Part shown: positions 1 to 13,637 of the stretch, piece after piece
Layout of the letters: the number at the start of each line of letters is the position of its first letter
Numbering within the stretch: position 1 is the stretch's first letter
NCBI GenBank assembly: GCA_050084515.1
Contig: CM114271.1
Span: forward strand, 4,960,001 to 5,024,000
Length of the DNA: 64,000 nucleotides
From: Blasia pusilla
Lineage: Eukaryota
Direction of reading: 5' to 3'
Made by a program: the position numbers and the translations under genes
The notes under the pieces: generated by a model
Seen by the model: the letters and a program-made list of their open reading frames with translations, nothing else
The model's database searches: none
Told to the model about the DNA's origin: nothing

Positions 1-3000
1 ATCCGGATGAGTCCTCCTCGGTGAGCCAAGCCCTCACTAGAAACAATTTGAGATGAAGGGGACTTTCTCATAGATTACAGGTGCAAGAGACATGTCTAAG
101 CTTCAACCTAAAACATGGGGGATTTCTTTGTAGGGTAGGGGATTGACATAGGTTTACATGTGTCTTGCACTTCTCATGATGTAATGAGATGAATGTAACC
201 TATTGCAAATATGAAAATTATAATGAAATGAATCCATTTTCTTTGTATATGTCTCTGACATGCATGTTTCACTTAACTTTTGTATGCTTTTTTTGACATA
301 CAAAATATGCCATGAAAATGTTTCTTTTTAATTTGCCTAATTTTTCTTCTTCGGATTTTTCTCCTCTTGGTTGCCCAAAGGATGAAGTGGTGTTTCATTG
401 TGGTTGAACACATAAGAGCCTCAAATCATTTCTTGTTCTATATGTCTTGTTGTACTTCATATAACAACTTGATGTGAGCCGACTCGTAGGTGCCATGTTT
501 GTTGATAGTTACTCAGGTCTCTATTTTGAGAGAAGTTATCCTGTAAATCATGGGGATGGAAGGAGTTTAGATTCATCTAGTGTGACTAAATTATTGAGGT
601 TTAGAAATGTAACTTCTGATAAGAGCAGCATTTTTTAGGGACCTTATACCTAACTTCCTAACATTTACCTTCCCCCCTTGAAGTCTAAACCTATTCTTCC
701 TTCAATTTCAGTTGGATAGTGTATCTTGAGAAGCAAGAACAAAAAGGTGAAGGGGCATTATATTCAGAGAAAGACAACCTCATGAATGCCTTAAGATCAT
801 AAAGTCTGCAAGAGCAATCTCTAAGGGTTGGGGAGCTAAAAGTGGTGGAACTTTGTACAGAAACGGATTTTTTGAAGGTTTTTCCCTCTTCTTTTATTGC
901 CTAAAACCTTGAACTAGCACCTTGGATATATGGTTTTCTCAAAAGCTTCACACAGTAACTACAAAGTGACTTTGTTTATTTTTCTTCCTTTCTATTATTT
1001 CTAACATTAGTGGATACAAAAGCTTGCCACAGTTTAAATTCATTCATTTTTAGTTTCATGTTAGCGTTTATTTTTTTGTATTACTAATTCTACTTGATTA
1101 CTCATACTCTTGTGGTATTGGCTTGATCTTGAGTTGCTACCTTGCTCATGTTTTTTTCTTCTTGCTTACCTCCTCAGGATTGAACGTGTTTCTTATGATG
1201 AACTTCCAACCTATGAATACGTGTTCTCTTTCTCTCGGAGGTTGGAAGTTCATTTCTTGATGATTCTCCTTAGTTTGGATAACTTATTGCTTTCTTATAA
1301 CATACACCTTCAAATGTTCTACATCTACATCAAAAGTAACTTAAGATTGTGATGGCGATTCACCCTCTGCTCCATAAAATTTTTTTTGATCTCCTTCCCA
1401 TGTTTCATCAAAAAATATATAGATTATATCTTACAAAACCACAATCAATTGAAACGAGAGTTTTTTTTCATTTATTCTGTCTCTTCTTCTAATTTTCTAA
1501 GGCACGTTGGTCTTTGAGCATCCACTAGCACCCTCAGACTATTTTTCAATTCAGTTACCTAGATTCACCTTCCAAAATCTATCACTCACACTAATAAGTA
1601 GTGAGCACTTGCAGAAAGAGAGAGTCTCCCTTTTCCCACGTGGTACTTTCTTGCTTCGATCCTTTGCACCCATACAAGTCTAAAAAATAAGGCTACATAA
1701 TAAGTAAATAATGTGAGGCTACATTGGATTTTGTTTATTATGTAGCCATCGACCAACAATAAGTAGATTTTGGTGAAGTTGATTCCTTGAAAAGAAGGCT
1801 TGGAATCAACATATTTGGTTTCATAGCCCAAACCAAAGCCCCATATGAGACCAAGGCCCACTCCACAACCCTAACCTACCCAACATCAAAGCAACCGTTA
1901 GTCAGGGGTAAAAATACTTCCAACAACATAATCAAAAAGTCTAATTTAGGCCAAGGTGTGACTGATCAAGTAGAAATTTACCAACCCTACAGAGCAAGCA
2001 TTGTGACATGAATAATTTTTTAAAAGACCCGTGCATGTGTTCCTTCTTGATATGAATAGCTCTTGGTCTATGATTATATATGGAGTAGAAGGCACAAGAG
2101 TTCTGGCCTAATGGAGTGAATAGAATTCCTCTAAGAAATCGAGCAACTAGGTAGTTCAGTTACTGTGTCATTGGTGAAATATGATATGGAGCTTCTTGGT
2201 GACAATGATTCACAAATATATGTGTTATATAGAAGTAACAAGCATGTTGGTAGTAGTAAGAGAAGATGTATTTCACATAAGAAAATGATGTACTATTGGG
2301 AATTGCAATACCCAATAGTTTGGACTTGGGAGGTGAGTAATTTCCATTGACAAAATTCCATCGTAGAAGAGCAGAAGAAAAACAAACTGATATATTAATC
2401 CAATGGAGTCTACTGTAATGCTCTGCCAAATAGTCTCTAATAGTCATATGACTCTTCATTAGTTGTGAGAAGATCAAATTTTGGTTTAACCTGTTCAAGA
2501 GATTTTAGTGCTTTCAACAACTCAATCATCAATTTGGTTCTCCCTTTGACTTTTATCCATTTGAAGCTTTCCTTATGGGCTCTTTCCTCAAACTCTCTTT
2601 GTGATCTCCTCTCCACTATCATGGCAAGCCTACACCTTTCCTTCGACTCCGACATTGAATTTCTGAAATCTTGTTGGGACCTCAATATTTCAGCTCGTTG
2701 CCTAAGGCCTTGCCTAAGCCCCTCTTGATAAGCCATCAATAGATTGTTTTTCATGCTATTTGGTTGGGGACTAGTGGTAGGATTGGAGCTCTCCGGATTG
2801 GTACTCTTCTTCATAGCTTGGGTTGCATGCATTGATCCTTCTATACTAAGGTGGTCCCCAATATCAAAAGTTTTTTGGTTATGCGGAGTCTCAGAGGATG
2901 GGAAATTTCTACCATGATCATCTTCGTAGGTAGCGCCCATCCACTCTTGATGAAAACGTGTATTGTTGAGAAATCCTTGTCTGCTTGGTTATCCATGCAT

Positions 3001-3200
3001 TAGCCCTCAAGTTTTGGTGGTGCTTCCTGAGGAGTTCCTAAATCATTGTCCGGATCTTGAGAATATTGGTTGTAAAAAGCTTTTGGACTTGATTGTCCGA
3101 CCTTATATCCAAACTCTAAAACCCCCTAATATGACAGGTTTGCTCCCGTCATTTTGTTCCCCGCCACGAGTTTCGTTGCCGACCCTTTGAGTTCCACCCA
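1..3200 (-). mobile_element. Degenerate LTR retrotransposon remnant (PPT plus 3' LTR start)
   Basis: On the minus strand a polypurine tract AAGGGGGGAAGGTAAA (about 679-664) directly precedes TGTTAGG at 663. A coiled-coil-like ORF (2437-2940) lies upstream. No enzymatic domain recognised. Confidence 0.4.
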
Positions 3201-3393
3201 TCACATTCTTAGTGCTTGAACGCTCCCTCATTTTCCTTGTGCCTATTTATCCTCGGGTTAACTAACCCGAGGTCAAAATCCCTTAACCACAAGTTCTGTT
3301 TGGATAAGAGAAAATAATTTGTTAATATCAGTTCATACAGGTGGGAGATTCTAGTACAGTGGAGGAGGTGCTTAAGTTTGAGAGTTTTGAAGT

Positions 3394-3977
3394 TGTCACA
3401 TCTTAGTAGCTGATAGGTAGAGATCTATCGTGGCGACGGCATACAGAGCCAACGGATTGTCTTGAGTGTAACTTCGTCCCGAGATGTCGGATGAGGTTGG
3501 CGACACGTCTGTTGCATAGGGAACGTCATTTATGGCGATTTCCCTATTTTGGTCTTAGTCCGTCGGGTGACCCGTTGACCAAGTCAACAGTCACCCGGTA
3601 ACCTGTGCATGCATGTTACCGTTGGTAGGACTATTTTTTGGAGAAGATCCTTTTAGCTCTTCCCAAGGGTATAAGAGAGGGAGAGATGGCTTTCTCAAGC
3701 CATTCTTCTCATGTTCAGCCTTAGAAGCACCTCTCTTGCATGTGTGTGTGTGGGTACGTAGGAACTAGGGTGCTAGCGTCCAAATTTCCCTCAAAGCGGA
3801 GGCTGGATGTGGCTCGATATGCCGATGTAGATTCAGGAGTGGAGTTTTAGGCCGGGTGTGCCGTTTTTACTCTGATGTTTTGGGGTCTCGATGTAGATAC
3901 GTGAGTTTTTTTCGTTTATGGATCGATCGACCCGTGTGTTGGGAAGATTGGTATTGTGTGATGTGTAGATGTGATCA
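3394..3977 (+). repeat. LTR-like repeat (possible solo LTR)
   Basis: Begins TGTCACATCTT and ends with a near-inverted AGATGTGATCA. Internal TATA-like GGTATAAGAG. About 465 bp are colinear with 58629-59098. No TSD found. Confidence 0.6.
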
Positions 3978-6384
3978 ACAATGTGGGTTGTGTAGCGATG
4001 TGTATGCGCACGACCAAGTCCAACTTGTTTTGCATGAGTACCTCTTAAATCATAACCCACTTATAAACCCCCTTGCACTAACCCGAGGTTGAATCAGGGT
4101 TCGGGGAGTTTTTTCATGGGACTCGGTAAATTTCCGAGAATGTCCAATCGAAAATGGGAATTACGATTTCTGAACTGCTCTTTAGATACAAAATACAAAG
4201 AACTTGCTCGAATCCAACCGGTTTTCCATTAAAAACTTTAAAATCAATCGGATATTCTCAAATTTAATCGATTATGGGAGGAGATCCGTAACTCCGATCT
4301 CTTCCCATCATGAGGTTGAATATGGGCAAAGCGCATTTCCGTATGGATCTTTGACCCTAAACCACCACCTGTCCTTGTCCTATGATAATCGATCGCGTTT
4401 CATAGTTTTGTGTGACACGTGTTTCCCGTAAGCAGATAATCTCCCTCGTCCGTACATTTAAATCTCGACGGAGCGCATTAAAGTATATGGAAAGACGTCC
4501 ATATGACTCAATATTCTCGTAATCTCAATCTGACAGATATCTTCCCGCCGTTTTGTTCCTGGGACGACTCGGAGTGCCGGGAAAAGTTCACGTTCAATCT
4601 TTATTTGTGAAGCTTCTGAGTCTTCTTAGATACAATGAATGTGGTTTCTTCTCCAGAGAGCCACACGTGTAACACCGAAAATATTTGTACGCTGTTTTGT
4701 CTTCCAGAAACTCGGAGATGATCCAGATTCCAGTGAGACAGCCCGAAAGATATGGCGGTTTTGGTGGTGGTGGTTTCAGCCTTGAGATTGCAGCTTTCAG
4801 GGTACACGTGGTAGAATTCGGCTGGCGGGCTCCCGGAGTCGAGGGAGGGATGAGACATCGACGAACGGAGAGACTTCAGATGGGAGGCATAAGTCCGACT
4901 TAAGGGGACTGAGAATGAGGTTTTACATGGACCGTTTCCACCTTGAATGGCCACGTGTACAAGAGTCCAAACTGATGGCGTCAACCCTCGCCACATCTAC
5001 AGTACCCAAAACGCGATTCCCGTTCAAATTTCGACAGAAGAAGACAAATTTCGATCGGAAGGAAATGTCGTTGGAATCGGATAAATCAGACTTGAATTGG
5101 GAGTCGGGGATCTCTGACTCTGAGAACTTCCTCTCCCACGAGCAACAACGAACGGGAAGCCGGGGTTACGTGTTGACATTGCCGTTTCGGTTTCTCAAAC
5201 ACATACCATAAACCGACGGGATCTCCATAAGGTCTCTTTCTTTTCATCTAAATAGCCGGCCGGGATTATTATTTTAAGCAAAATATATCGTCATTGTTTA
5301 TACATGCCGGTACCGGGAATTTACCGTTCCTCTCTGGAAAACTACCCGGAGTCCCGGACCACGAGGCGCCTTTTCGAACCTACTAGTGGTCCACACCACG
5401 ACAGCAGCCCCGGATTTAAGTCAGCCTGTCACGTCTTTACTCTCGGTTCTCGTGGTACGTTCTGTTATACCCTTTTCCAATGACAGTGTAATGTTCGCTA
5501 ACGTCCTTATTTTCTTTTCATTATCTAAAATAAACATTATGAACAAAATTGTGGAATGAAATCCCCTCGAATGAATGATGCTTATTTCCAAACCCCCAAC
5601 GGACAACGAGCTCCAACGCCCTGGTAGGACGTCTCATACAGCGAACACCTTCAGGATCCTTGGACTAAAACTAGCACATCTTTTTCATGTCAGAAGGGTC
5701 TAAATCAGACCGTCAGAACTAAATAGTGCGACCTGATAAGAGTAGGCAGTGGTGTGCGGTTTTGCTCAACAGCTTCCGGTTTGGTACTTTCATGTCGTGG
5801 TATCTGTAATGTGAGGCACTCTGTAACTTTGGGTTCTTTGAAAGGTTGTAGGAACTAAGTAATGGCGCTTTATAAACTAACGAAGGAATTTAAGACATGC
5901 AACGGAGAATAAAACTATGCTGTTCGTAAAAAGGTCATCTGATGAAACTAAAAGAGCATAGAAATTCTGCAGATATTCAGCACACGGACCATGTATTGTG
6001 ATGAATCGCAGCCAAAAGTCTTCTGCTTTCCTTGAAAGTGTGGAGAAGTCATCTACAGATTGCAGCTTTATCTACCAAATCTAGATGAACAACATTCCTG
6101 GGTTGAGGCTTGAAGTCGTCCTGGATAACGGGAGCTTGAGACACCAGTCATTAAGTAGTGCCAGCCATAACCCTTGCAACCATAGACATCCTCTGCTGCT
6201 TGGTTGGTCCTAGAGACTGGGAGGGGAGGGGTGCAGAAGGAAAAAGTGCAGCAAGTACCATATGAGAGGAGGGAACAGAAAGAAAGAATAAACCATCATA
6301 GCCTGATCATCTTTCAGTTCCACAGAAAAGGACTAACAAAATGATGGACTTTCCCAGTCCTGCTACCCACCTAAGAGGGATCAA

Positions 6385-9300
6385 TCAACTGCTGTTTCCA
6401 CTTTTCCTAGGAATCTTAGATGCATCCTGAAGCCAAGGAAGTCCATAACTTGCACATTGTTCCAACGAAGCTGCCCACGGAATGTCCACAATTGGTCCCA
6501 GGCTAATGCGCCAGAAATCTAAAATGATTGTCACCAGCATTGCTGCAGCTAATGCGTCAATTGCTGTTTGAGATAATGACCATGGTTTCCCAGGATTTTC
6601 ATCCAGCCTGCAAAAAGCACATAAAAGTTGTTTACACCAGTTCATGACAATATCGATGGCGCAGAGGGCTGGGAAAAAGCTTTGATAATAAATATTTTGT
6701 ATCTACTAGATGTGATCATCAGTGTCACCTCTGGTAGATACACATTTCATTTCAAGGTAACCAACAAGTCCAAGACGGTTAAATACAACTTCCATCATTG
6801 GTTGAAAACTCAAAGAAAAGATGAAATAGGGATGGCTAAAAAAGGTACAAATCTATCCCAGACACAGCAGCAGACTGACACAAGTGGCCCACAAACTGCG
6901 AATTATTTCCATAAGGTTTGAAGAGACGCAAAGTACATCCAACTTTTGCACTGAAAATTTCAACTCTAAGATACTGATGCATTCAAGAAGACAAGCAGAA
7001 CATCTTGTGTCTTCATGTCCCACGAACAAAAGAAGTAATACCCAAGAAAGAATCATCCTACTCAAAAAGCAAGTAGCCCACTGGTGACTCTACCAAGAAA
7101 GCTCATAGAAGGAATCTGACATCCACACAAGATTATCAAACTGAGCAATTGAAGATTTACACACCTGAAGAACATAGGAAAACTTGCAAAAAAGTAAATG
7201 GCATAGAAGAATGAGCCATATATGTACATCGCTTTCCTGTCCACCATTTCATAATATGGAAACTGTAAAACACAATCCGAAAATCCTCCCGAAAATTAAA
7301 AACATGAAAAGGCACTCACCACCAACCACTTTTCCTTTCAGAAAACACATAATTTCTAACCTAAATTACATACGAAAAGGTGGTATGGCAGCAACACAAC
7401 TTCTGGGGAGGTGGAGGCAGATTCTTTGACACTCACATTGGCGATAGTCAGAGCTTCCATGAGCGCAGTGATATATGATAAGATGAATATCCACAACCCC
7501 TGAATAAAAAACCTTGCAAAAGGACTGGAAATGTTCTGAATTGAATGTCGGAGTCGACGAATTGTGAAATTAGAGACCATGTGGTAAAATAAGAAGTAAG
7601 AATGAGTCAACAGGAATGTCGTCAGAGGCACCTGGAGAAAGATCACCCAATGATGAAAGTCAGACACAACTTAAAGCACTAGAGTTTCATGCTGATTCCC
7701 ATGAACATTCTTTACTTTTGGCTGCACAAGTTCTATCTGCCAGGATCGATCTGAGTATCAACAGCCATCATGGCAGAGCATTGAACATGCAAGCAGCAAC
7801 CCTCTTAGATCGAACTTGCTTGCTTTGTAGTTCTATAAACACAAGGTTCCTGGTGAAATGGAACATGAAATAAATAGCAACTGCAATATGTAAAGAGCAT
7901 AAAGAACGTACAAAACTCAAGGGATGTGTGAGAACCTACATGGTTCAACTTATAGGAAGGGAAGGAGTATGTGGCTCCCAACACTGTGAAGAAATAATGC
8001 GTCCAGAAGTAGTTTCCCACAAAACCGAAAATTGCAATCCACAAATTCGCCTGTACATTTGCTCTGGCTCTTTTCGTTAATAATCAATGCAAATTGTACT
8101 TGTACATGACCTAAATTGTACTCCTCCTCGTCGCGGTAGTTCAAAGGTTAGAAGTGAGTTAGCAGTTCGCGTGTCTACCCTCACAAGTCAGTTCTCACTA
8201 ATTCAATTAGTTGCTTGTCCCCAGACTCTTACCTTCATTCCACATTTAAATCCATCTTTCATTTTCTGTCTGTACAGATATCTACCCTTGATAATGCAGA
8301 CTCATCCCAGTACATGCCTCCCAGATTTTAAGAAAATCCACTTTCCTGAGTCTATGGGTGGATGACTTGCACCAATTATGCTAGAGTCATAATGCGCAAT
8401 GCCAGAATGCCGAACGTGGATTTGGATTGTATGATTTCTTCAAGGTGGTAGACGAAGCTATCCAGATGGTTAGGACATCGGGTTGCAGTCAAGAAGCTGT
8501 GACAAGCAAGTTTTGTATGCCATTTCTCTTACTGGCAAAAACAGAGTAACTCTTATCAGGATATTCATAAACTATCAAGAAAACTAGTGCTGTAAGGGCT
8601 TCTTTTACAATCTGATTCCAAGCCCCTTCTAGTAATGTCAGGTTAGCTATGAAAGCACCTAAACCTCTCAAGCTGGATGTAATGTAGATGTTGCCTCACA
8701 ATTTGTGGATATAAAATGCAAAACAATCCGACACCAGGTAGAGGCAACTGACCTTCAACCAGTAACGTTTGTACCATGGTCTTCCAGCATCCTCCTGCAA
8801 AATAGATGCACACCTCAATTAAACTCTACACATCTAGAGAAAATGTCTTCGAAGCAAGAATAGCAGCCTGAAATATACTTACAGGTAGGCAGAAAGATAT
8901 ATTAAATAAGGCAATGTAAAAAAGATAAGCTGATTCTCTCAGATGGATCATACCTTCCCAACAAGCACCAACGGCACTGCAAAGCATGGAACTGCACAGA
9001 CCAAGCCCAACAAGAGGTACTCCAGCTCTTGATACTTCTGTACTGATTTAACACATGTGTTCACCATACACCATCCCATTCAGATTCACACATCTCAAGA
9101 ATGTGCAATCCGGCCAAATGAAATTATGTCCAGTTTCTGCAGATATCCCTGAGTTCAATTTTCAGCCACGCCAAAGAAAAAAAAAATTGATCCAGATTGG
9201 GAACATATTTGTCCAACTCATCCAAGTACAAGCTTCCATCTTTGACTTCATTTCCAGAGTAAAACTCTTTCACATCTACAAGAAGCAGTTAGGGTGCTCG

Positions 9301-9988
9301 GTTAACCTCATAGAGCTGAAGGGGGACGACAATGCCAAGGCACAATACTATCCAGAACGGACTGTAGGCTAGAAAGAAAAGTTCTCCCCATCTCTTGCTA
9401 AGATCGGCAGCTAGCCAGAGATTATCGGAGCCTTTCTTTCCTTCTGCCAAGAAACCACCAACAAAGTGATTAGTTCCAACACAATTAAACACAGGCACAA
9501 CGCCTTGTTCGTTCTCGAAAGCGATATGACTGAGATCCACCGGGTCCAAATTTTGAACCGCAGTGTCGATGAGCGCAAACAACGACAAAAAAAATGTTGA
9601 AAGCAACCAAGAAACGTTCCTTTACAGATTAACCATGTTCTCTACCTACCATTCTAGCCCTACTCTATGGGATGGTACCCTCCCAACTTGATAAGTAGTC
9701 AAAGGGGAAATCCATCGCTTTTTCCCCGACTCTAGATTCAAACCTGTCTCGAGATCTCCACCTTAACTGTCTGAGCTTCGTAGCTGTTAGAATCGCTTCG
9801 ATTGCAGCGATAGTACCAATAAAACTCCACCTCCTCCACATTCAAGCATGCAACAGCGTTTTCAGTGCAGACGGTAGCTTCTTACTGGGCAATTCCTTTG
9901 GAGTCTCAAAATTGGCGGCACCACTATCGTCCGCGTTATCTTTCTTACGGTCGCCGACCCTCCTCTCTTTAATCTTGGAAGTCGGCAT
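6385..9988 (-). CDS. CPI1: Cycloeucalenol cycloisomerase (cyclopropyl sterol isomerase), 8 coding exons, 330 aa
   Basis: Exons (minus): 9988-9886, 9443-9307, 9037-8954, 8794-8753, 8050-7940, 7631-7437, 7262-7165, 6607-6385. All introns are GT-AG with consistent phases; total 993 nt. Translation has the family motifs LWLA..SKRWGELFFL.YSPFW, ELEYLL, RYWLKANLWI..FGFVGNYFWTHYFF.VLGA.YSFPS, FPYYE.VDR..MY..GSFFYAIYF..SFPMFFRLDE, AAMLVTIILDFWR and GLPW. The first exon is assigned by phase fit and an in-frame ATG, so it is less certain than the rest. Confidence 0.95.
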
Positions 9989-11150
9989 TGCTGACTGTGG
10001 AAACAGAATCACATATTCAAATTATGTTTCGACTTTTGAGTCGCAGCAGACGAAACAAAAATCATCTCTTTGCGAAGCTCCAATTGTCCGCACTACATAC
10101 AGCTGATGACTGATTTCACATCACCAGCATTGTGCGACCAGTTACTCGAATGCATTCAACCGCCGAAATAGTTTCGAAGCAGCACAAATCGAATCAGTGT
10201 CAATCAGCAAAAGATTCCTTCCCAGCACGATCCAAAAAGCCCATCAGCTCAGGCCACCCCGCCCCGTGCACTTGCCTAAAGCATCTCGCTGCAGCACATC
10301 CTCCCCCACTCCTCTCCACACCATTTTCCCCGCAGCTAACAGGAACCTTGGACCTGCCCGGGACGATAATGATCAGTACCTTGAGAAATGCTTGAACGTC
10401 AGCAAATTTCCGGATCACTCGAGGGACTCCTCAGGATGCAAAACTCATGGTCTAATTGCGCGCGTCTGGGCACAGCCACGACAGCACTCCGCTGGCCCTA
10501 AATTCCAGATCAGTCCAAATTACTCCTCCGTGCGAGCAGCTCACACCCTAAGTGTGGATTCCTCGACACAATGTGAAGTTGAAAACGCGCTTACTACTCG
10601 TCCCGACACTGCAAACAACGCTGCATCTTCCAGCGCTTCAATATCCAATCGATGGGAATCCGTGCCAACTCCAAGCTTCCCGATCCAGCCTCTCACTCTC
10701 GGAAGGTCTATACCAATAAGCAAACCTTTCTGATGACCTACTTAGCACACGCAGACATAACCCGGAAACGCCCACGGGCTCCCCGAAGAGCTCAGGCCAT
10801 CGGACTCCGAAATGATGAATATGGTCCTCCTCTCCCCAGTAGCATTGACGAGATCTGCGGTGGTTCAACACGCACACGATCGCCTTCCGAGAAATGGATC
10901 GGAGTTGCACAATTTCTCCATTAAAAAGGTCCTGCGCGAGACACTCGTTTATCACATTGCACTCTGCGATCGTTGCTTCATGGCTTCCGTTTCTCCGTCT
11001 GTCAGACCTCGTTCAAGTTCCCGATTCGCCTCTTTCTGTAAATGTGTTCCGGTCTGTTCGGTTCCTGTGCACGGAGTCACAAATCCTCGACACTGCCTTT
11101 CCTACAGCGACGATACGAATTCAGGAGCTTATTATTGGACCTATGCTCAT
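9989..11150 (-). promoter_or_regulatory. Probable CPI1 5' leader and promoter, with a likely 5'UTR intron
   Basis: CpG-rich region directly upstream of ATG 9988. Acceptor-like TTCCACAG lies a few nt before the ATG and a donor-like GTAGGT lies near 10741 (minus). The transcription start is not determinable from sequence. Confidence 0.45.
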
Positions 11151-11818
11151 TCCGTACAGTGTTTGTTGAGTAATTTATGTCTTTACAGCATCTCCCACCT
11201 CACTCCATAAAGTGAGGTTGGAGATGTTTACGAAGTTTTCAAGGCATTCTCACCATGAACAGAAAATAAAAAACCAGCCAGAACAGGAAAGAAAAAATCA
11301 TGGCTTTGTAAATATGGTCCAGTGCAATCCAGTGTAAATATGGTCCAGTTTCGGCATAGCTCTTGCAAAACTCCGAGAAGCTGGGAGGCCAAGATAATCA
11401 ATTGGAATCTCACACAACCACGTTGCATGCTTTTTGAGTTGCCACCCAGTAAGGAAAATTTTAATCCACAAGGCTGGTGAAAAAAGTCGATAATGAGGGG
11501 CCACCTTGTTAAAATCATTTAAATGCAAAAGCGGTGTGGAATATTTTTTTGGGGTAGGCACGATGGTGAAGGAACTTTTTATATTTACAAGGTCCTCAGG
11601 AAATACATAGAAAGTGAGTTTTTTTCTGCAGTGTAAATGCCCTTATATAATCCTTAACCATAAATTTTTCATTCCATGAGTCTCCCTATTTTGTTAGAGA
11701 ATCTTAGTAATATCTTGGAACATCAAGTGGGGAGTTGGCCGAATACAAAACCGGGCTCGTTCACAAGTTTCCATATCCGTTCTTCTAAGAAATACATTAC
11801 GAAAATATGAACGAGCAA

Positions 11819-11993
11819 TCTATATTACTATTGGAGAGTGTATTCTTGATTTGCAAACACCTGTCTTCTTGACACGCGGCAATTTGGCAACTAGAAAATG
11901 TCTTCCATATTATGGGCAGCAAGAAAAAAATTAAATTTGTGTACAATATGACTAATCCCTTCACTCCCGTGCATGGGACGGGCTGTACACTAG
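11819..11993 (+). mobile_element. Non-autonomous mini-Helitron (175 bp)
   Basis: Starts TCTATATTA and ends with the hairpin CCCGTGCATGGGACGGG, a short spacer and CTAG. Inserted between A and T. Homologous copies at 17463, about 21235, 23864 and about 59330. Confidence 0.8.
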
Positions 11994-13637
11994 TTATTTC
12001 TTATTGCTCTTGTATGCATGGTATTGAAGTGTTTACAACCCGGTGACTAAATAGCATTCATATTATTTGCATCTAGCAAATAAGTAACCTAATAACTCTA
12101 GTACTAGGCATGGCACTCGCATGACTACAAAATTATCTCTTATCTAATAGTTTGAAATTTTAAAGATATTTTCCTCAATCCCCCTTTTTAAACTTGTTCT
12201 CATTCTAAAATTTTATTCCACACTCCCTCTTCATTTGACTAACCATCCATCCCATCTCTAAGGAAAATTGAAAACTCCTTCCCTCCCTTTTTATTTTAAA
12301 ACAAAACTACATTTCCTTCTTCCTTATTTAGAAAAAAATATTCCCCATATTTTCACCATTGTGGGTGTGAGCATTAAGTTACGGTGGCCTACGAACAAGC
12401 TCATGAGGCAAACATGGAGCTTTTGCTTCATAGTAGGAGTCATGTGATAGTTTTGTTCTTAATTGGAATGGTGGCATTGGCATCCTTGGATTTCACACCA
12501 ATTTTTTGGTAGTGTCCAAGAAGAGTGTGAGAGAATATTGTAGGTCGGCATATGGGCATGTCGTTATCTATGTAGAAAGAGGACCCCCCCCCCCCTCCCT
12601 CGGATGCGTATCTCTGTTTTACTTATTGGACATAGCAAAATACAACAATCTACTTCCTTCTCTATTACATTAAGACTCTACAAGAGTATGCTTGAGGCAT
12701 TCTCAATGCTCTCCTTTTCTACACTCTCCTATCGCCTTTACATACTCTTTTTTCCCTCCCACATTTGGTTGAATCTTCCTTATTCTATTTGTTCCATTTC
12801 TATGTTAGACGCTCCCCACTCCTTGCTACATTATCCAACTATGTGCCCCAACTATGAAGCCACTTGTCTCCGCGACTAGATTATCACTTGTCATGTGTAT
12901 GTATTTGAGAACACCTTTGGATTCTCTTGTTTCAACAACCATGCCATCCCCATCACAAGTATTATTTTGTGACACATCGATTCTTATGACCATCGGATGT
13001 GACAACCTTCAGATCCACTGTCCCTTCTCCTATACATCATAGAGCTACTTAACGTAATACCACCAACTCTAACACACTTTGGTGTCACTAATCCTTTCCA
13101 TCAAAGGACAACTTACACTATCCACCACCGGATTTGATACACTTTGAATGCGGTATCGCTTTTTCTTTCCACCGAAAAGGCTTGATACCATTGATACTTA
13201 CCAACCTGCACACTACATACCTGGTGTATCATCTTTTAGGAAGAACTTATATAACCTTTAACCACGGGTGCTACTAACCAACCCCTGCTCTATCTTAAGT
13301 CATATCTTTCTCTATGTTCCAAAATGTATCTTACATCAAGATTGAATATGTTTTGGGAGATACTTTGAGTCTGACGACATTTTCAAAAGAGTGATATGTG
13401 CTCTCCAAAGTACATTGTGGAGAAAATTTTGTTGTAGGCAAAACTTTTGTACAAGTTATCACAAGAGTGTATTAGGTCTGGTCGTGGTTAGGAAAAAAGT
13501 ATTATTAGATTTGGTTGGTGTTGGATCACTTGCATATTGTCCATAATTATGTTGCACATACCTTCTATCATCATAGAGAAGAAGAGAGTGGACAATTTTG
13601 AGACAAATTGGACATGATGTACTGTTTTAATAGAATA

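Noticed and set aside
5340..5450. Possible tRNA or 7SL gene (GGTTCGAA on the minus strand)
   Set aside because: No cloverleaf, no correctly spaced A box, no CCA-stem pairing and no SRP conserved core recognised.
10132..11210. Several overlapping ORFs up to 178 aa upstream of CPI1
   Set aside because: No recognisable domains; expected by chance in GC-rich leader and intron sequence.
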